From Lachnospiraceae bacterium (GTDB taxonomy: Bacteria > Bacillota > Clostridia > Lachnospirales > Lachnospiraceae): a stretch of DNA of 64,000 nt. A program made the translations under genes and the position numbers. The notes under the pieces were generated by a model that saw only the letters and a list, made by a program, of their open reading frames with translations, was not told the DNA's origin and did no database searches. Below, in pieces: positions 36,551-46,785 of this stretch (position 1 is the first letter of the stretch; the number at the start of each line of letters is the position of its first letter). Location: positions 22,716 through 86,715 of the forward strand of contig JAFRXH010000027.1 in the NCBI GenBank assembly GCA_017437785.1, in the 5' to 3' direction.

Positions 36551-37983
36551 AAAGATCGGAATATCTTAAGAGTTTCAGACTTCGCATCTTTATAGTCATA
36601 GTTATAGCGGTACTGGTTTCGGCTACCGTGATGCGCGTGGCATCAGGGGCTAATCTCCGTGACCGTATGCTTGATCAGCGTACAAAGGAGCTGACTGAGC
36701 AGATCCGTGTCCTGGCCAGTCGTATGAAGAACTATGATTTCTTTCGCGATACTTCTTCGGAAGCTATCAATTCCCAGCTGTCACAGCTTTCAACAGTGTA
36801 TGAGGGCCGGATCCTCGTGATCGACCAGGGCTTCAGGGTGATATCGGACACCTATGACATCAGCGTAGGCAAATACATGATAGGTGAGGAAGTTATCCGC
36901 TGTTATTCGGGCCAGAATGTGACCAATTACGACAGGAGCAGCAGATACATTGAGGTGGCGGTACCTGTGACCGAAAAGGACGGTGTTACCGGGGAGATGA
37001 TGGTCGGCGGAGTGATACTGGCCAGTGCAGCTACGGATGCCATTTTAAGGACTACGGATGATATATCCCGCAGGGGATGGATCATAGAGATAGTGCTGGT
37101 AGTGGTGATGATAGGAATAGGAGCCGGCGTGGCATCGCTGATGGCCAAGCCTTTTGAGCGTGTATCTAAGGCTATGGGCAGCGTGGTCAGCTTTGAAGAG
37201 GATCTGCCTGTAGTATCCGACTATAAAGAGACACAGGAGATCGTGGATTCATTTCATAAACTGAGACAGCGCCTTAAGACGCTGGACGAATCGCGGCAGG
37301 AATTTGTGAGCAATGTCTCGCATGAGCTTAAGACGCCGATCGCATCCATAAAGGTACTGGCGGATTCGCTGAACATGCAGGAGGATGCACCGCTGGAGAT
37401 GTATAAGGACTTTATGCATGATATCAGTGACGAGATAGACAGGGAAAACGAGATAATCACAGACCTGCTGGAGCTGGTGCGTATGGATAAAGGCTCATCA
37501 GGCATGCATGTGGAAAATATCAAGGTTAACGAGCTGCTGGAACAGATCACCAAACGTCTGGGACCTCTGGCACGTAAGAGCGAGATAGATCTGATACTGG
37601 AAAGCCGCAGGGAAGTAAATGCGGATATGGATGAGGTCAAGATGACCAGGGCCATAACAAATATCATAGAAAACGGTATCAAGTATAATAAACATCCCGG
37701 CTGGGTAAGGATAGTGCTGGACGCCGACCATCAGTACCTGACGATCACCATTACGGATTCGGGAACGGGTATCCCCGAGTCCGAACTGGGGCATATATTC
37801 GAACGTTTTTACAGGGGTGATAAGTCGCATTCAAAGGAGATAAGCGGTACCGGACTGGGACTGGCTATCACCAGAAAGACAATATTGCTGCACAGAGGTT
37901 CGATCGATGTATCCAGTGTACTGGGAGAAGGTACTACATTTACGGTCAAGCTGCCTTTAAGCTATATAGAGGGAGGCCGTTAA
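36547..37983 (+). CDS. sensor histidine kinase (2 TM, HAMP, HisKA, HATPase)
   Basis: FVSNVSHELKTP, NIIENGIKY, DSGTGIP, GTGLGL. Confidence 0.95.
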   Translation: MKRSEYLKSFRLRIFIVIVIAVLVSATVMRVASGANLRDRMLDQRTKELTEQIRVLASRMKNYDFFRDTSSEAINSQLSQLSTVYEGRILVIDQGFRVISDTYDISVGKYMIGEEVIRCYSGQNVTNYDRSSRYIEVAVPVTEKDGVTGEMMVGGVILASAATDAILRTTDDISRRGWIIEIVLVVVMIGIGAGVASLMAKPFERVSKAMGSVVSFEEDLPVVSDYKETQEIVDSFHKLRQRLKTLDESRQEFVSNVSHELKTPIASIKVLADSLNMQEDAPLEMYKDFMHDISDEIDRENEIITDLLELVRMDKGSSGMHVENIKVNELLEQITKRLGPLARKSEIDLILESRREVNADMDEVKMTRAITNIIENGIKYNKHPGWVRIVLDADHQYLTITITDSGTGIPESELGHIFERFYRGDKSHSKEISGTGLGLAITRKTILLHRGSIDVSSVLGEGTTFTVKLPLSYIEGGR

Positions 37984-37984
37984 G

Positions 37985-38905
37985 TTGAGAAAGTGCGGAT
38001 ATCTTATATTCATAATGTTTATGCTTATCTTCGCGGCAGGCTGTTCGGGCGGTGAAAAGGAAAAACCGATAGCCGAGGGGAAGTTCCGTGTTTATTGCTT
38101 AAACCGTTCCGAGACAGCCCTGGCATATGAGGATTATACACCTGCGGAGAATGACAGGGAGGGGCTTATAAAAGAACTGATCACTGTGATGCGTTCGGAT
38201 ATGAAGGATAACGATCACAAGGCGCCGCTTAAGTTTGACTTTTCGGTAAGGGGCTGTGTGCTGGAAGGTGATCAGCTGATAGTGGATATGAGCGATGAAT
38301 ACACGCAGTTAAGCCCTACACGTGAGATATTGATAAGAGCCGCGCTGGTACGCACCCTTATACAGATAGGCGGGGTAAATACTGTGAGCATAACGGTAGA
38401 TGACCTGCCGCTGGCCGATATGACCGGAAATTACGTGGGAGCTATGACCGCGGATAGTTTTGTCGATAATGAAGGCGCAGAGATAAATGCGTATGATAAG
38501 GCAGAGCTGAGGCTGTATTTTGCTAACGAGACCGGGGATAAACTGGTGGAGTGCAGCCGCAGCGTCATGTATAACACAAATCTTCCGATGGAGAGACTGG
38601 TGCTTGAGCAGCTGATACTGGGGCCGGAGGGAGACGAGGCTTATCCTACGATCAATGCATCGACAAAGGTTATATCCGTGACGGTTACGGACGGAGTGTG
38701 TTTTGTGAATCTGGACAGTGCATTCTTAGAAGGTGCAGGCAGCGTATCACCGCAGGTCAGCATTTATTCCATAGTCAATTCTTTAGCAGAGTTAAGCACG
38801 GTACATAAGGTTCAGCTCATGGTCAACGGCGTGAGTGACGTTATGTTCCGTGAGGTAATGGATCTGGAGCAGGATTTCACGAGAAACCTTGATATAGTGG
38901 AGTAG
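37985..38905 (+). CDS. GerMN-domain lipoprotein (two GerMN domains)
   Basis: TTG start, lipobox AAGC; RAALVRTL...VSITVD and LEQLILGP...IYSIVNSL...VQLMVNG. Confidence 0.85.
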   Translation: MRKCGYLIFIMFMLIFAAGCSGGEKEKPIAEGKFRVYCLNRSETALAYEDYTPAENDREGLIKELITVMRSDMKDNDHKAPLKFDFSVRGCVLEGDQLIVDMSDEYTQLSPTREILIRAALVRTLIQIGGVNTVSITVDDLPLADMTGNYVGAMTADSFVDNEGAEINAYDKAELRLYFANETGDKLVECSRSVMYNTNLPMERLVLEQLILGPEGDEAYPTINASTKVISVTVTDGVCFVNLDSAFLEGAGSVSPQVSIYSIVNSLAELSTVHKVQLMVNGVSDVMFREVMDLEQDFTRNLDIVE

Positions 38906-38922
38906 TAATAAGGAGACAGGGA

Positions 38923-41187
38923 GTGAAAAGGCCTCTGCTTTGTGCCTGCCTTTTATTCCTTTTATCCGCAAGGCTTATACTGTACCTTGCGGGAGGGCCG
39001 GATACGTGTTATTCCGAAGGGAGCGCCGTATTTACCGGCACGGTTGAGAAAAAGGAACTTAAGCAGGATCTTAAGGTGTTCTACCTTAAGGATGTCGGCA
39101 TCGCCGGCGAAGATACCCATAAAGTAAAGATGGACAGCGGACTTATCTGCAGTACCGACGGACCAATGCCGCCAATAGGTGCAAGGGTCAGGGTCAGCGG
39201 CAGTATCCGCTTATATTCGCGTGCGACAAATCCCGGTGAGTTTGATTTCTGCAGATATTATCTGTGTCTCGGGTACGGGGCAAAGATGGAGGTGAGCAGC
39301 TTTAGTTTATGCTCGGATGGCTACAGCGTATGGAAGGAAGGACTTTGGAACATACGCTGTTTTCTGGGCGGGCGCTACGACAGGCTGCTTAATGAAGAGG
39401 ACAGTGCCGTGATGAAAGCGATGATCCTGGGAGATAAAGGGGATCTGTCCATTGAGATAAAGGATCTGTACAGGACCGCCGGGATATCGCATATACTGGC
39501 TATAAGCGGGCTTCATATCTCGATACTGGGGATGGGGCTGTATAAGCTGCTGCGAAGAAGCGGCGTGCCTGTGCTGCCTGCGGGGGCCGTGGCTGTCTTT
39601 CTTATGGTCAATTATGCGGTCCTTACCGGAGCAGGTACTTCTACCGTAAGGGCGGTGATGATGTTTGCGCTCGTGGCGGTGGCGGATGTGGAACGGCGTT
39701 CATACGATCTGCCCACGGCGCTGGGGCTTTCAGCTGCCAGTACGGTAGCCACCAATCCGTATCTTTTGCTGACCTCATCTTTCTGGATGTCGTATGCGGC
39801 TGTGGCCGGTGTGGCAGTATTCGGCCCTGCTTTGTGGGGAGAGTTTAAGGCAGACGATAAGCGTCTTCACAGGATCATGCAGGCGGTGGGGGCGTCCCTT
39901 TCGGTCAGTATATTCACACTTCCGCTGATACTTGTTTTTTATTATGAGGTGCCGGTTTACTCTGTGCTTCTTAATCTGATAGTGATACCGCTTATGAGCG
40001 TGCTGATGATATTGGGGATCATCATGCTGCCTCTGGGGATGTTATGGCTTCCGGCGGGAGTGGTGTGCGGGCTGCCTGTCCATATGATTTTAAAGCTGTA
40101 TACATTTTTGTGCGATGCATTCTCAAAGCTTCCGGGACATATCTATGTTGCCGGGGCACCGCCTTTTTGGAAGATGCTGCTGGCGTATACGGTCTTTTTT
40201 GCTCTGATATTTACCGACAGGCAGCTGATAAAGCGGATATCCGGCCTTAAGCGGGATGTGAATGATGCGACACTCTTTTTGTCCAAGCTGGCCGTCTGTG
40301 CGGTGATGACAGCGCTTCTTCTGATAAACATCAGGCCGGCATTTAAGCTTACAATGCTGGATGTGGGGCAGGGAGACGGATTCTGCATAGAGACAAAAAG
40401 TGTAAATGTGATGATCGACGGAGGCAGCACAAGCAGGACTAAGCTGTATCAGTACCAGTTATCCCCGTTCCTTAAATATGAAGGAATAAGAAAGGTTGAT
40501 CTGTGGTTTGTGACCCATCCCGATACGGATCATATTTCCGGACTGATGGATATGCTGTCCGATGAAGCCTGTGTGATAAAGATCGGCGCCATCGTTCTGC
40601 CTGATGCGGCGGGGGCAGGGGAAGACTTTTCTGAGATGATCGGCTTAGCACGGGAGAAAGATATAGATGTGCTCTATAACAGTGCGGGTAAAAAGCTTGA
40701 GTTTGATGAGCTTGGGATCCTCTGCCTCCATCCTGCCGCGGATTATGCCTGTGCTGATGTAAATGAATATTCGCAGATACTGGAGATAGTATACGGCCGC
40801 GGCTTTAGCGGTATCTTCACGGGAGATGCCACCATCGAGAGTGAAGCGGCTTTTCTTAAGAGCGATGTTATACATGATATGGCTCATCCCGACGGCGGAT
40901 ATGATATCCTCAAACTGGGACATCACGGCTCCCATACATCAAGTTCGGAAGAGTTCCTGGATCTGGTACGCCCGAGAGCCGTTCTTATTTCCTGCGGGAT
41001 CGATAATCCCTATGGCCATCCGCATAAAGAAGTGATGGAGTGTGTGGCAGAGCGCGGATGTGCCGTTTTCCGCACAGACCATCAGGGCGCCGTCATCATT
41101 TCCCTCACCGGGGACGCTTCCCTCCGGGCTGCAACCCCCTTTGGGGCCCAAAATAAGAACCGCCCCCAAAGGGCACAAGGGTGGTGA
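38923..41187 (+). CDS. comEC: DNA internalization competence protein ComEC/Rec2
   Basis: NPGEFD, HILAISGLH competence domain, LDVGQGDG, THPDTDH MBL motif, LGHHGS. Confidence 0.95.
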   Translation: MKRPLLCACLLFLLSARLILYLAGGPDTCYSEGSAVFTGTVEKKELKQDLKVFYLKDVGIAGEDTHKVKMDSGLICSTDGPMPPIGARVRVSGSIRLYSRATNPGEFDFCRYYLCLGYGAKMEVSSFSLCSDGYSVWKEGLWNIRCFLGGRYDRLLNEEDSAVMKAMILGDKGDLSIEIKDLYRTAGISHILAISGLHISILGMGLYKLLRRSGVPVLPAGAVAVFLMVNYAVLTGAGTSTVRAVMMFALVAVADVERRSYDLPTALGLSAASTVATNPYLLLTSSFWMSYAAVAGVAVFGPALWGEFKADDKRLHRIMQAVGASLSVSIFTLPLILVFYYEVPVYSVLLNLIVIPLMSVLMILGIIMLPLGMLWLPAGVVCGLPVHMILKLYTFLCDAFSKLPGHIYVAGAPPFWKMLLAYTVFFALIFTDRQLIKRISGLKRDVNDATLFLSKLAVCAVMTALLLINIRPAFKLTMLDVGQGDGFCIETKSVNVMIDGGSTSRTKLYQYQLSPFLKYEGIRKVDLWFVTHPDTDHISGLMDMLSDEACVIKIGAIVLPDAAGAGEDFSEMIGLAREKDIDVLYNSAGKKLEFDELGILCLHPAADYACADVNEYSQILEIVYGRGFSGIFTGDATIESEAAFLKSDVIHDMAHPDGGYDILKLGHHGSHTSSSEEFLDLVRPRAVLISCGIDNPYGHPHKEVMECVAERGCAVFRTDHQGAVIISLTGDASLRAATPFGAQNKNRPQRAQGW

Positions 41188-41254
41188 GTTTTTGATTGAA
41201 AAGCATTTTTGATTGTGTTAGAATGTCACGGGTACAGTTATAAGGAGGAATACA

Positions 41255-42541
41255 GTGATTATGAAAAAGAAGATAGCTTTATTATTAACTGTTGTTTTAA
41301 TGCTGGGCATACTGGCCGGTTGCGGTAATGCGGCATCACCCGTAAAGACCTTCTGTTCAAAACTTAAGGATCTTGATTATGCGGGGATGTGCGGCACCTT
41401 TGAAGAGGAGATGATGACTGAAGAGGACTTCACCGCAATGTATGATGATTTTGCGGAGGCAGGCCTTGAGGACATCTTCAAGACTCATGCGAAGAATATC
41501 AAATGCACCGTCGGCAAGCCTGTATTTGAGGATGAGGATAAGGAGTCAGCAAGTGTTAACGTTGTTATAAGCTATGACGATTATTCTACGGGCCTTAAGC
41601 AGGCGCTGGATCAGTTCTACAAAGAGTACTTTGAGGACGAGGATGATCTGGTAGATGACAGCAGGATGTATGAGCTCATCAAAGAACACTACACCAATGA
41701 TACCCCCGCACGTAAAGAGGAAGAAGTAGTCTTCTACATGGAGAAGCTCGAGGAAAGCAAGAAATGGGTGGTTTCCTACGATTATGACATGATGGAGCGC
41801 GTAGCAAATGCCATTACCTGCAATCTCATGGATACCTGGTATGACTATGATTATGATGAAGACAGCGCAGACGATACGGTAGCGATAACCGACAGCCAGG
41901 GAAATGTCGTAGGTTATGCGGACAGTTCAAAGAAGTGGTATGAAGGCTTAAGTGATGAGCAGATCACAGATGTGTTGTCGGCAAACGGCATAGTGCGTGA
42001 TGAGAATACCGAGCTTACCGACTTTGACGACCTCTTCGTTACGGAAAATGACCTGGATGTTGAATTCGAAGAAGACGATGAAGACTTGGACGACGAGGAC
42101 TGGGAAGACGAGGACTGGGAAGATGAGGACGACGCATACGATGATTTCTACGATGAGTGCATGGACCGAATCTTTAACGTAGAGAGCAGCGGAACCCTTC
42201 TTATCAAGAATTACACCCTTAATGATGTCGATGAAGATGAAGACTATTATATCCTGACCGGTGATGTTTATGATATCGATATCTATTGTGAATGGCTGGC
42301 TATCGTAAACAGCGAGCCCGATTTCGCAAACAAATATCCGGAGATATATGAGGATATGGATGACGGCCTGTACTGTGAAGAGATGGATGTTTACATCCCC
42401 AAGGATATGGTGGTTTCGGGCATGTGGCCTTCAGGTTCGGGCATCGGCGGTCTTATGGATCTGATCAAGTCAGGACATGCCATCGCATATTACGGCGAAA
42501 TGGATGATGAGGCCGAAACGGTTTACGACACTGCATATTGA
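41255..42541 (+). CDS. highly acidic lipoprotein of unknown function
   Basis: Lipobox LAGC; Asp/Glu-rich throughout, DEDWEDEDWED from a 15-bp tandem duplication at 42092-42121. Confidence 0.8.
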   Translation: MIMKKKIALLLTVVLMLGILAGCGNAASPVKTFCSKLKDLDYAGMCGTFEEEMMTEEDFTAMYDDFAEAGLEDIFKTHAKNIKCTVGKPVFEDEDKESASVNVVISYDDYSTGLKQALDQFYKEYFEDEDDLVDDSRMYELIKEHYTNDTPARKEEEVVFYMEKLEESKKWVVSYDYDMMERVANAITCNLMDTWYDYDYDEDSADDTVAITDSQGNVVGYADSSKKWYEGLSDEQITDVLSANGIVRDENTELTDFDDLFVTENDLDVEFEEDDEDLDDEDWEDEDWEDEDDAYDDFYDECMDRIFNVESSGTLLIKNYTLNDVDEDEDYYILTGDVYDIDIYCEWLAIVNSEPDFANKYPEIYEDMDDGLYCEEMDVYIPKDMVVSGMWPSGSGIGGLMDLIKSGHAIAYYGEMDDEAETVYDTAY

Positions 42542-42627
42542 ACGGTCTCTTAACAGAAGAATAAACGATAACGACGGGGAGGGGCAGTAAAATGACCCTC
42601 CCGGATGATGTATAGGAAAGACAGGAA

Positions 42628-43836
42628 ATGATAAGTAATAAGAAGTTTGCAGCAAGGATCATTAATATGATCTTTGTTTTCGTCACAATGATCACCATGG
42701 CTTTTCAGCCTGCCATGACTCTAAAGACTACGGCCAGTGAAGGATATCATATTTACATAAACGTGATCGCCAATGTGGTGACCGTATACTATGACGGAGA
42801 ACCCGTAAGGGCCATGATCACATCCACCGGCACGGCTACGCCGCTTTCAGGCACATATAATACTTCACAGAAATTTGACTGGGGATATTTAAACGGAAAT
42901 GTGTACGGACAGTACTGTACCAGGATCTACAAGGGGATACTGTTCCATTCCGTGCCGTATACGGGATATTACAATTACGGAAGCTTAAAGCACGGGCAGT
43001 TTGATCTTTTGGGCACACCGGCATCCATGGGCTGCATGAGGCTGTGTGTGGGAGATGCCAAGTGGATATATGATAATATCCCGGCAAATACGCCTGTGAC
43101 CTTTTATTCGGATGAAGAGATCCCCAGCCCCATGGGAATGCCTTTTTCGTGCAAGATAGCGACATTCGGCGAGCCCTTTTCCGGCTGGGATCCGACAGAC
43201 CTTAATCCTGAGAATCCATGGAACGCCTTTTTGGGCGATGCTTTTGACCCGGAGTATTATCTTGAGAATAATCCGGACCTTAAGGGGATGTTTCCCTGGA
43301 CACCGGTAAGCCTTAAGCTGCACTGGGTAAGTTACGGTATAGCAGAGGGCAGGGTAGCAAGTAAGATATTTGATATAAAAGAGTATAAGAGGCTCTTAAA
43401 CTACCGTTTCGGCAATAATAATTACGCGTATATAGCATACAGCAATCTGGTGGGATACAATGCCCCCGTAGATAAGGCTACGGCAGAGCAGAGGATGTCC
43501 CCTTATGTAAGGATAAATCTGGAAGATGCCGTAAGTGCGGCAAATGCAGGGATCCCGGCTGATCACGGCGTAGCGCCGGCAAAGACGCCGACACCTACAA
43601 CGGCGCTCACACCTACAAAGGCGCCCACACCTACACCGGTACCTGTGAATACGGATCCGGCTGTGCCTACAGCAGCGCCTGCGCCGGTGCCCGTAGTCGT
43701 GGATCCGGGAAAGTTTGATGCCATAGGCTATGCAAACCGTTATCCCGATGTAAGGGAGCTTTACGGCTACGATCCCATAGCGCTTTGGAACCATTATGAC
43801 ACCATTGGAAGATATGAAGGCAGATTACCTTATTAA
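42628..43836 (+). CDS. L,D-transpeptidase (YkuD family) with repeated putative cell-wall-binding modules
   Basis: Signal peptide; ILFHS...ASMGCMRL catalytic His/Cys; FDPEYYLENNPDL and FDAIGYANRYPDV modules; Pro/Thr/Ala linker. Confidence 0.85.
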   Translation: MISNKKFAARIINMIFVFVTMITMAFQPAMTLKTTASEGYHIYINVIANVVTVYYDGEPVRAMITSTGTATPLSGTYNTSQKFDWGYLNGNVYGQYCTRIYKGILFHSVPYTGYYNYGSLKHGQFDLLGTPASMGCMRLCVGDAKWIYDNIPANTPVTFYSDEEIPSPMGMPFSCKIATFGEPFSGWDPTDLNPENPWNAFLGDAFDPEYYLENNPDLKGMFPWTPVSLKLHWVSYGIAEGRVASKIFDIKEYKRLLNYRFGNNNYAYIAYSNLVGYNAPVDKATAEQRMSPYVRINLEDAVSAANAGIPADHGVAPAKTPTPTTALTPTKAPTPTPVPVNTDPAVPTAAPAPVPVVVDPGKFDAIGYANRYPDVRELYGYDPIALWNHYDTIGRYEGRLPY

Positions 43837-43844
43837 GGTGAAAG

Positions 43845-44867
43845 ATGGCGGAAAAGAAGAGCAGTAAAAAAGAAGAGCCCTCTGTTGACTGGGTTGCGGA
43901 AGATATAAAGAGCGGAGAATTTAAAAATATCTATCTGCTCTATGGGACAGAGAGCTATATGCTCAGATGGAGCCGCACACGTCTGGTAAAAGCTCTTATA
44001 CCCGAGACTGATGACATGAATTATTCCGTCTACGAGGATAAGAGTCTGGATCTTGAGAAGATAATAGAGCAGGCGGATACCATGCCTTTTTTTGCCGAGC
44101 GGCGGGTGATCCTTATAAAGGACAGCGGATATTTTAAGAACGCCAACGAGCGGCTTAAGAAATATCTGCCGCAGCTGCCGCCCACTACGGTGATGATCTT
44201 TTGCGAAAAGGAAGTGCGCAAGGGTAAAGGCACCATATTTGATTACGTGAATACCAACGGCCGTGTGGTGGAGTATGTCACCTTAGACCGGAAACGCGTG
44301 GAAAAGTATGTTGTGGCACTGTTAAGCCGTGAGGGACGGAGTATGCAGCGCCCTACCTTTGAGTATTTTATCGACAGGGTCGGTATGCAGATGCAGGATA
44401 TAAGCGTTGAGCTGGAAAAGCTTATCTGTTATACTGACGGCCGCGAGCTTATAAGCCGTGAGGATATAGATGCTGTGGTAAGCCCCAGACTTGAGGAACA
44501 CGTATTTGACCTGACTAATGCCATAGCCGAAAAGAAGCGCAGGACGGCGCTGGATAAGTATTATGAACTTATGGCACTTAAGACACAGCCCATGGGGATA
44601 ATAATACTGCTGACCAGGCAGTTTAACCGCCTGATGCTGATAAAGAGCATGAGGTCGAAGGGGCTGGGCCCCGAGAGGATAGCAAAGAGCCTGGGCATAA
44701 GTGAGAGGGCTGTCCCGGTAAATGAGAGACTGGCATCACGTTTTACAATGGAAGAATTAAAGAGTGCACTGGCAGACTGTGTGGATGCGGAAGAAGCCGT
44801 AAAGAGCGGACGCATGAGCGACACATTAAGCCTTGAGACTCTGATAGTTAAATACGCTTCAAGTTAA
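43845..44867 (+). CDS. holA: DNA polymerase III delta subunit
   Basis: IYLLYGTESY, ADTMPFFAERRVILIK, ELEKLICY, VFDLTNAI; near comEC as usual. Confidence 0.93.
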   Translation: MAEKKSSKKEEPSVDWVAEDIKSGEFKNIYLLYGTESYMLRWSRTRLVKALIPETDDMNYSVYEDKSLDLEKIIEQADTMPFFAERRVILIKDSGYFKNANERLKKYLPQLPPTTVMIFCEKEVRKGKGTIFDYVNTNGRVVEYVTLDRKRVEKYVVALLSREGRSMQRPTFEYFIDRVGMQMQDISVELEKLICYTDGRELISREDIDAVVSPRLEEHVFDLTNAIAEKKRRTALDKYYELMALKTQPMGIIILLTRQFNRLMLIKSMRSKGLGPERIAKSLGISERAVPVNERLASRFTMEELKSALADCVDAEEAVKSGRMSDTLSLETLIVKYASS

Positions 44868-44881
44868 GGAGGTAACAAAAA

Positions 44882-46537
44882 ATGGTAGAAAAGGTATTGC
44901 TGCTGGTCGTATTCTTCGGGATCATGATCGCAGTAGGGTTCTACTCCAGAAAACATTCGACCAACGTGAATGATTTCGTGCTGGGCGGACGTAAGGTGGG
45001 ACCGTGGCTTACGGCTTTCGCCTTCGGTACATCCTACTTTTCGGCGGTGGTATTCGTGGGCTACGCCGGACAGTTCGGTTACAAATACGGTGTGGCCACT
45101 ACCTGGATAGGTATAGGTAATGCCTTTATCGGTTCGCTCCTTGCATGGGTCGTGCTTGGCAGACGTACCAGGATAATGACCAAGTTCCTGGATGCGAAGA
45201 CCATGCCCGATTTCTTCGGCAAGCGTTATCATTCAAAGGCTATGCGTATTGTCGCGGCCATCATTTCATTCGTTTTCCTGATCCCTTATACTTCATCGGT
45301 ATATAACGGACTGTCAAGGCTTTTTGGCATGGCCTTTGATATCGACTATTCGGTATGTGTCATCGCCATGGCGGGACTTACCTGCGTGTATGTTATCCTG
45401 GGAGGATATATGGCTACAGCCATTAACGACTTCATCCAGGGTATAATCATGATCGGAGGTATCATAGCCGTGATATTTTCCATACTTAACGGACAGGGCG
45501 GATTCCTAAACGCGCTTAAGGAATTGTCACTTATCCCTGCCGATCCCGCCGTAACGACACCGGCGCTTGCAGGAAGCCAGGGGCTTTTTACAAGCTTTTT
45601 CGGACCCGATCCCTTAAACCTCCTGGGTGTAGTGATCCTTACTTCACTGGGAACCTGGGGACTGCCCCAGATGGTTCAGAAATTCTATGCTATCCGTGAT
45701 GAGAAGGCTGTGCAGACAGGTACCATCATATCTACGGTATTTGCTGTCATCATTTCCTGCGGCTGTTATTTCCTGGGCGGCTTCGGAAGGCTTTTTGATG
45801 ATGTTGTAGCGAGGAACGATAAGGGGGCAGTGCTCTATGACAGTGTTATCCCTTCGATGCTTTCGACCCTGCCCGACATACTTATCGGTGTGGTCATAAT
45901 GTTAGTCCTTTCGGCATCTATGTCTACACTGGCTTCACTGGTACTCACCTCTTCGTCAACGATCACCATCGACCTTCTCAAGAACAATGTGATCAAGAAG
46001 ATGGATGATAAGAAACAGCTTATCACAATGAGGATATTCCTGATAATCTTTATCGTGCTTTCGGTAGTTATGGCGCTTAAACCGCCGGCACTTATCGCAC
46101 AGCTGATGGGTATATCATGGGGAGCACTGGCAGGCGCATTCCTGGCTCCTTTCCTTTACGGCCTGTACTGGAAGGGTGTTACCCGTGCTTCGGTGTGGAG
46201 CTGCTTTGTGGTGGCGATCGGCATCACAGTACTTAATCTTTTCCCGGCTACCAAGTTCATCCAGAGCCCCATCAACGCCGGTGCGGCAGCGATGATCGCC
46301 GGACTCATAGTGGTACCCGTAGTAAGTCTCTTAACGCCTAAGATGCAGGAAGGCGAGATCAAATTCGTATTCGACTGCTACGAAGAAAAGCATATGGTAG
46401 AACAGCGCTATGCACTGCCTTCCGAAGACGGCTTAAGTCCCGCAGAGGCAGCAGCAAAGGCAGCAAAGAATGCAGCAGCAAACAGTAACAGTACCGGATC
46501 TTCAAACAGTTCTTCAAAGAAGAAAAAGAAGAAGTAA
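44882..46537 (+). CDS. sodium:solute symporter (SSF)
   Basis: DFVLGGRKVGPW, GTWGLPQMVQKFY, SASMSTLAS; about 13 TM. Confidence 0.93.
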   Translation: MVEKVLLLVVFFGIMIAVGFYSRKHSTNVNDFVLGGRKVGPWLTAFAFGTSYFSAVVFVGYAGQFGYKYGVATTWIGIGNAFIGSLLAWVVLGRRTRIMTKFLDAKTMPDFFGKRYHSKAMRIVAAIISFVFLIPYTSSVYNGLSRLFGMAFDIDYSVCVIAMAGLTCVYVILGGYMATAINDFIQGIIMIGGIIAVIFSILNGQGGFLNALKELSLIPADPAVTTPALAGSQGLFTSFFGPDPLNLLGVVILTSLGTWGLPQMVQKFYAIRDEKAVQTGTIISTVFAVIISCGCYFLGGFGRLFDDVVARNDKGAVLYDSVIPSMLSTLPDILIGVVIMLVLSASMSTLASLVLTSSSTITIDLLKNNVIKKMDDKKQLITMRIFLIIFIVLSVVMALKPPALIAQLMGISWGALAGAFLAPFLYGLYWKGVTRASVWSCFVVAIGITVLNLFPATKFIQSPINAGAAAMIAGLIVVPVVSLLTPKMQEGEIKFVFDCYEEKHMVEQRYALPSEDGLSPAEAAAKAAKNAAANSNSTGSSNSSSKKKKKK

Positions 46538-46546
46538 GGGGGACTT

Positions 46547-46780
46547 ATGGCAGATAATAATGCACAGGTAAATCCGGCGCTGATGGCTTTCCTGGATGCG
46601 GAAGAGCCCGCCGAACAGCTTGAGGTGCTTCATAAAGTGCGCGAACAGCTTGATGAGCGCAGTCTGACATCCATAGAGATGTCGCTGGGGATGGAGCCGC
46701 AGAAGGACAGTGCCGATGCGCGGATAGCGCGTATAAGAAATACCTTAAGCACCAGACTTAAATACGAAAAAGGGCGGTAA
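46547..46780 (+). CDS. small hypothetical protein
   Basis: 77 aa in-operon ORF with SD GGGGG/AAGG. Confidence 0.7.
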   Translation: MADNNAQVNPALMAFLDAEEPAEQLEVLHKVREQLDERSLTSIEMSLGMEPQKDSADARIARIRNTLSTRLKYEKGR

Positions 46781-46785
46781 GCGAA

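Noticed and set aside
782-41256. Recurrent ATACAG/ATATACAG near several promoters (782, 804, 3881, 8391, 11527, 14532, 25895, 41250)
   Set aside because: A 6-mer is expected many times by chance in 64 kb, especially in AT-rich intergenic DNA; only the palindromic case at 768-789 was kept.
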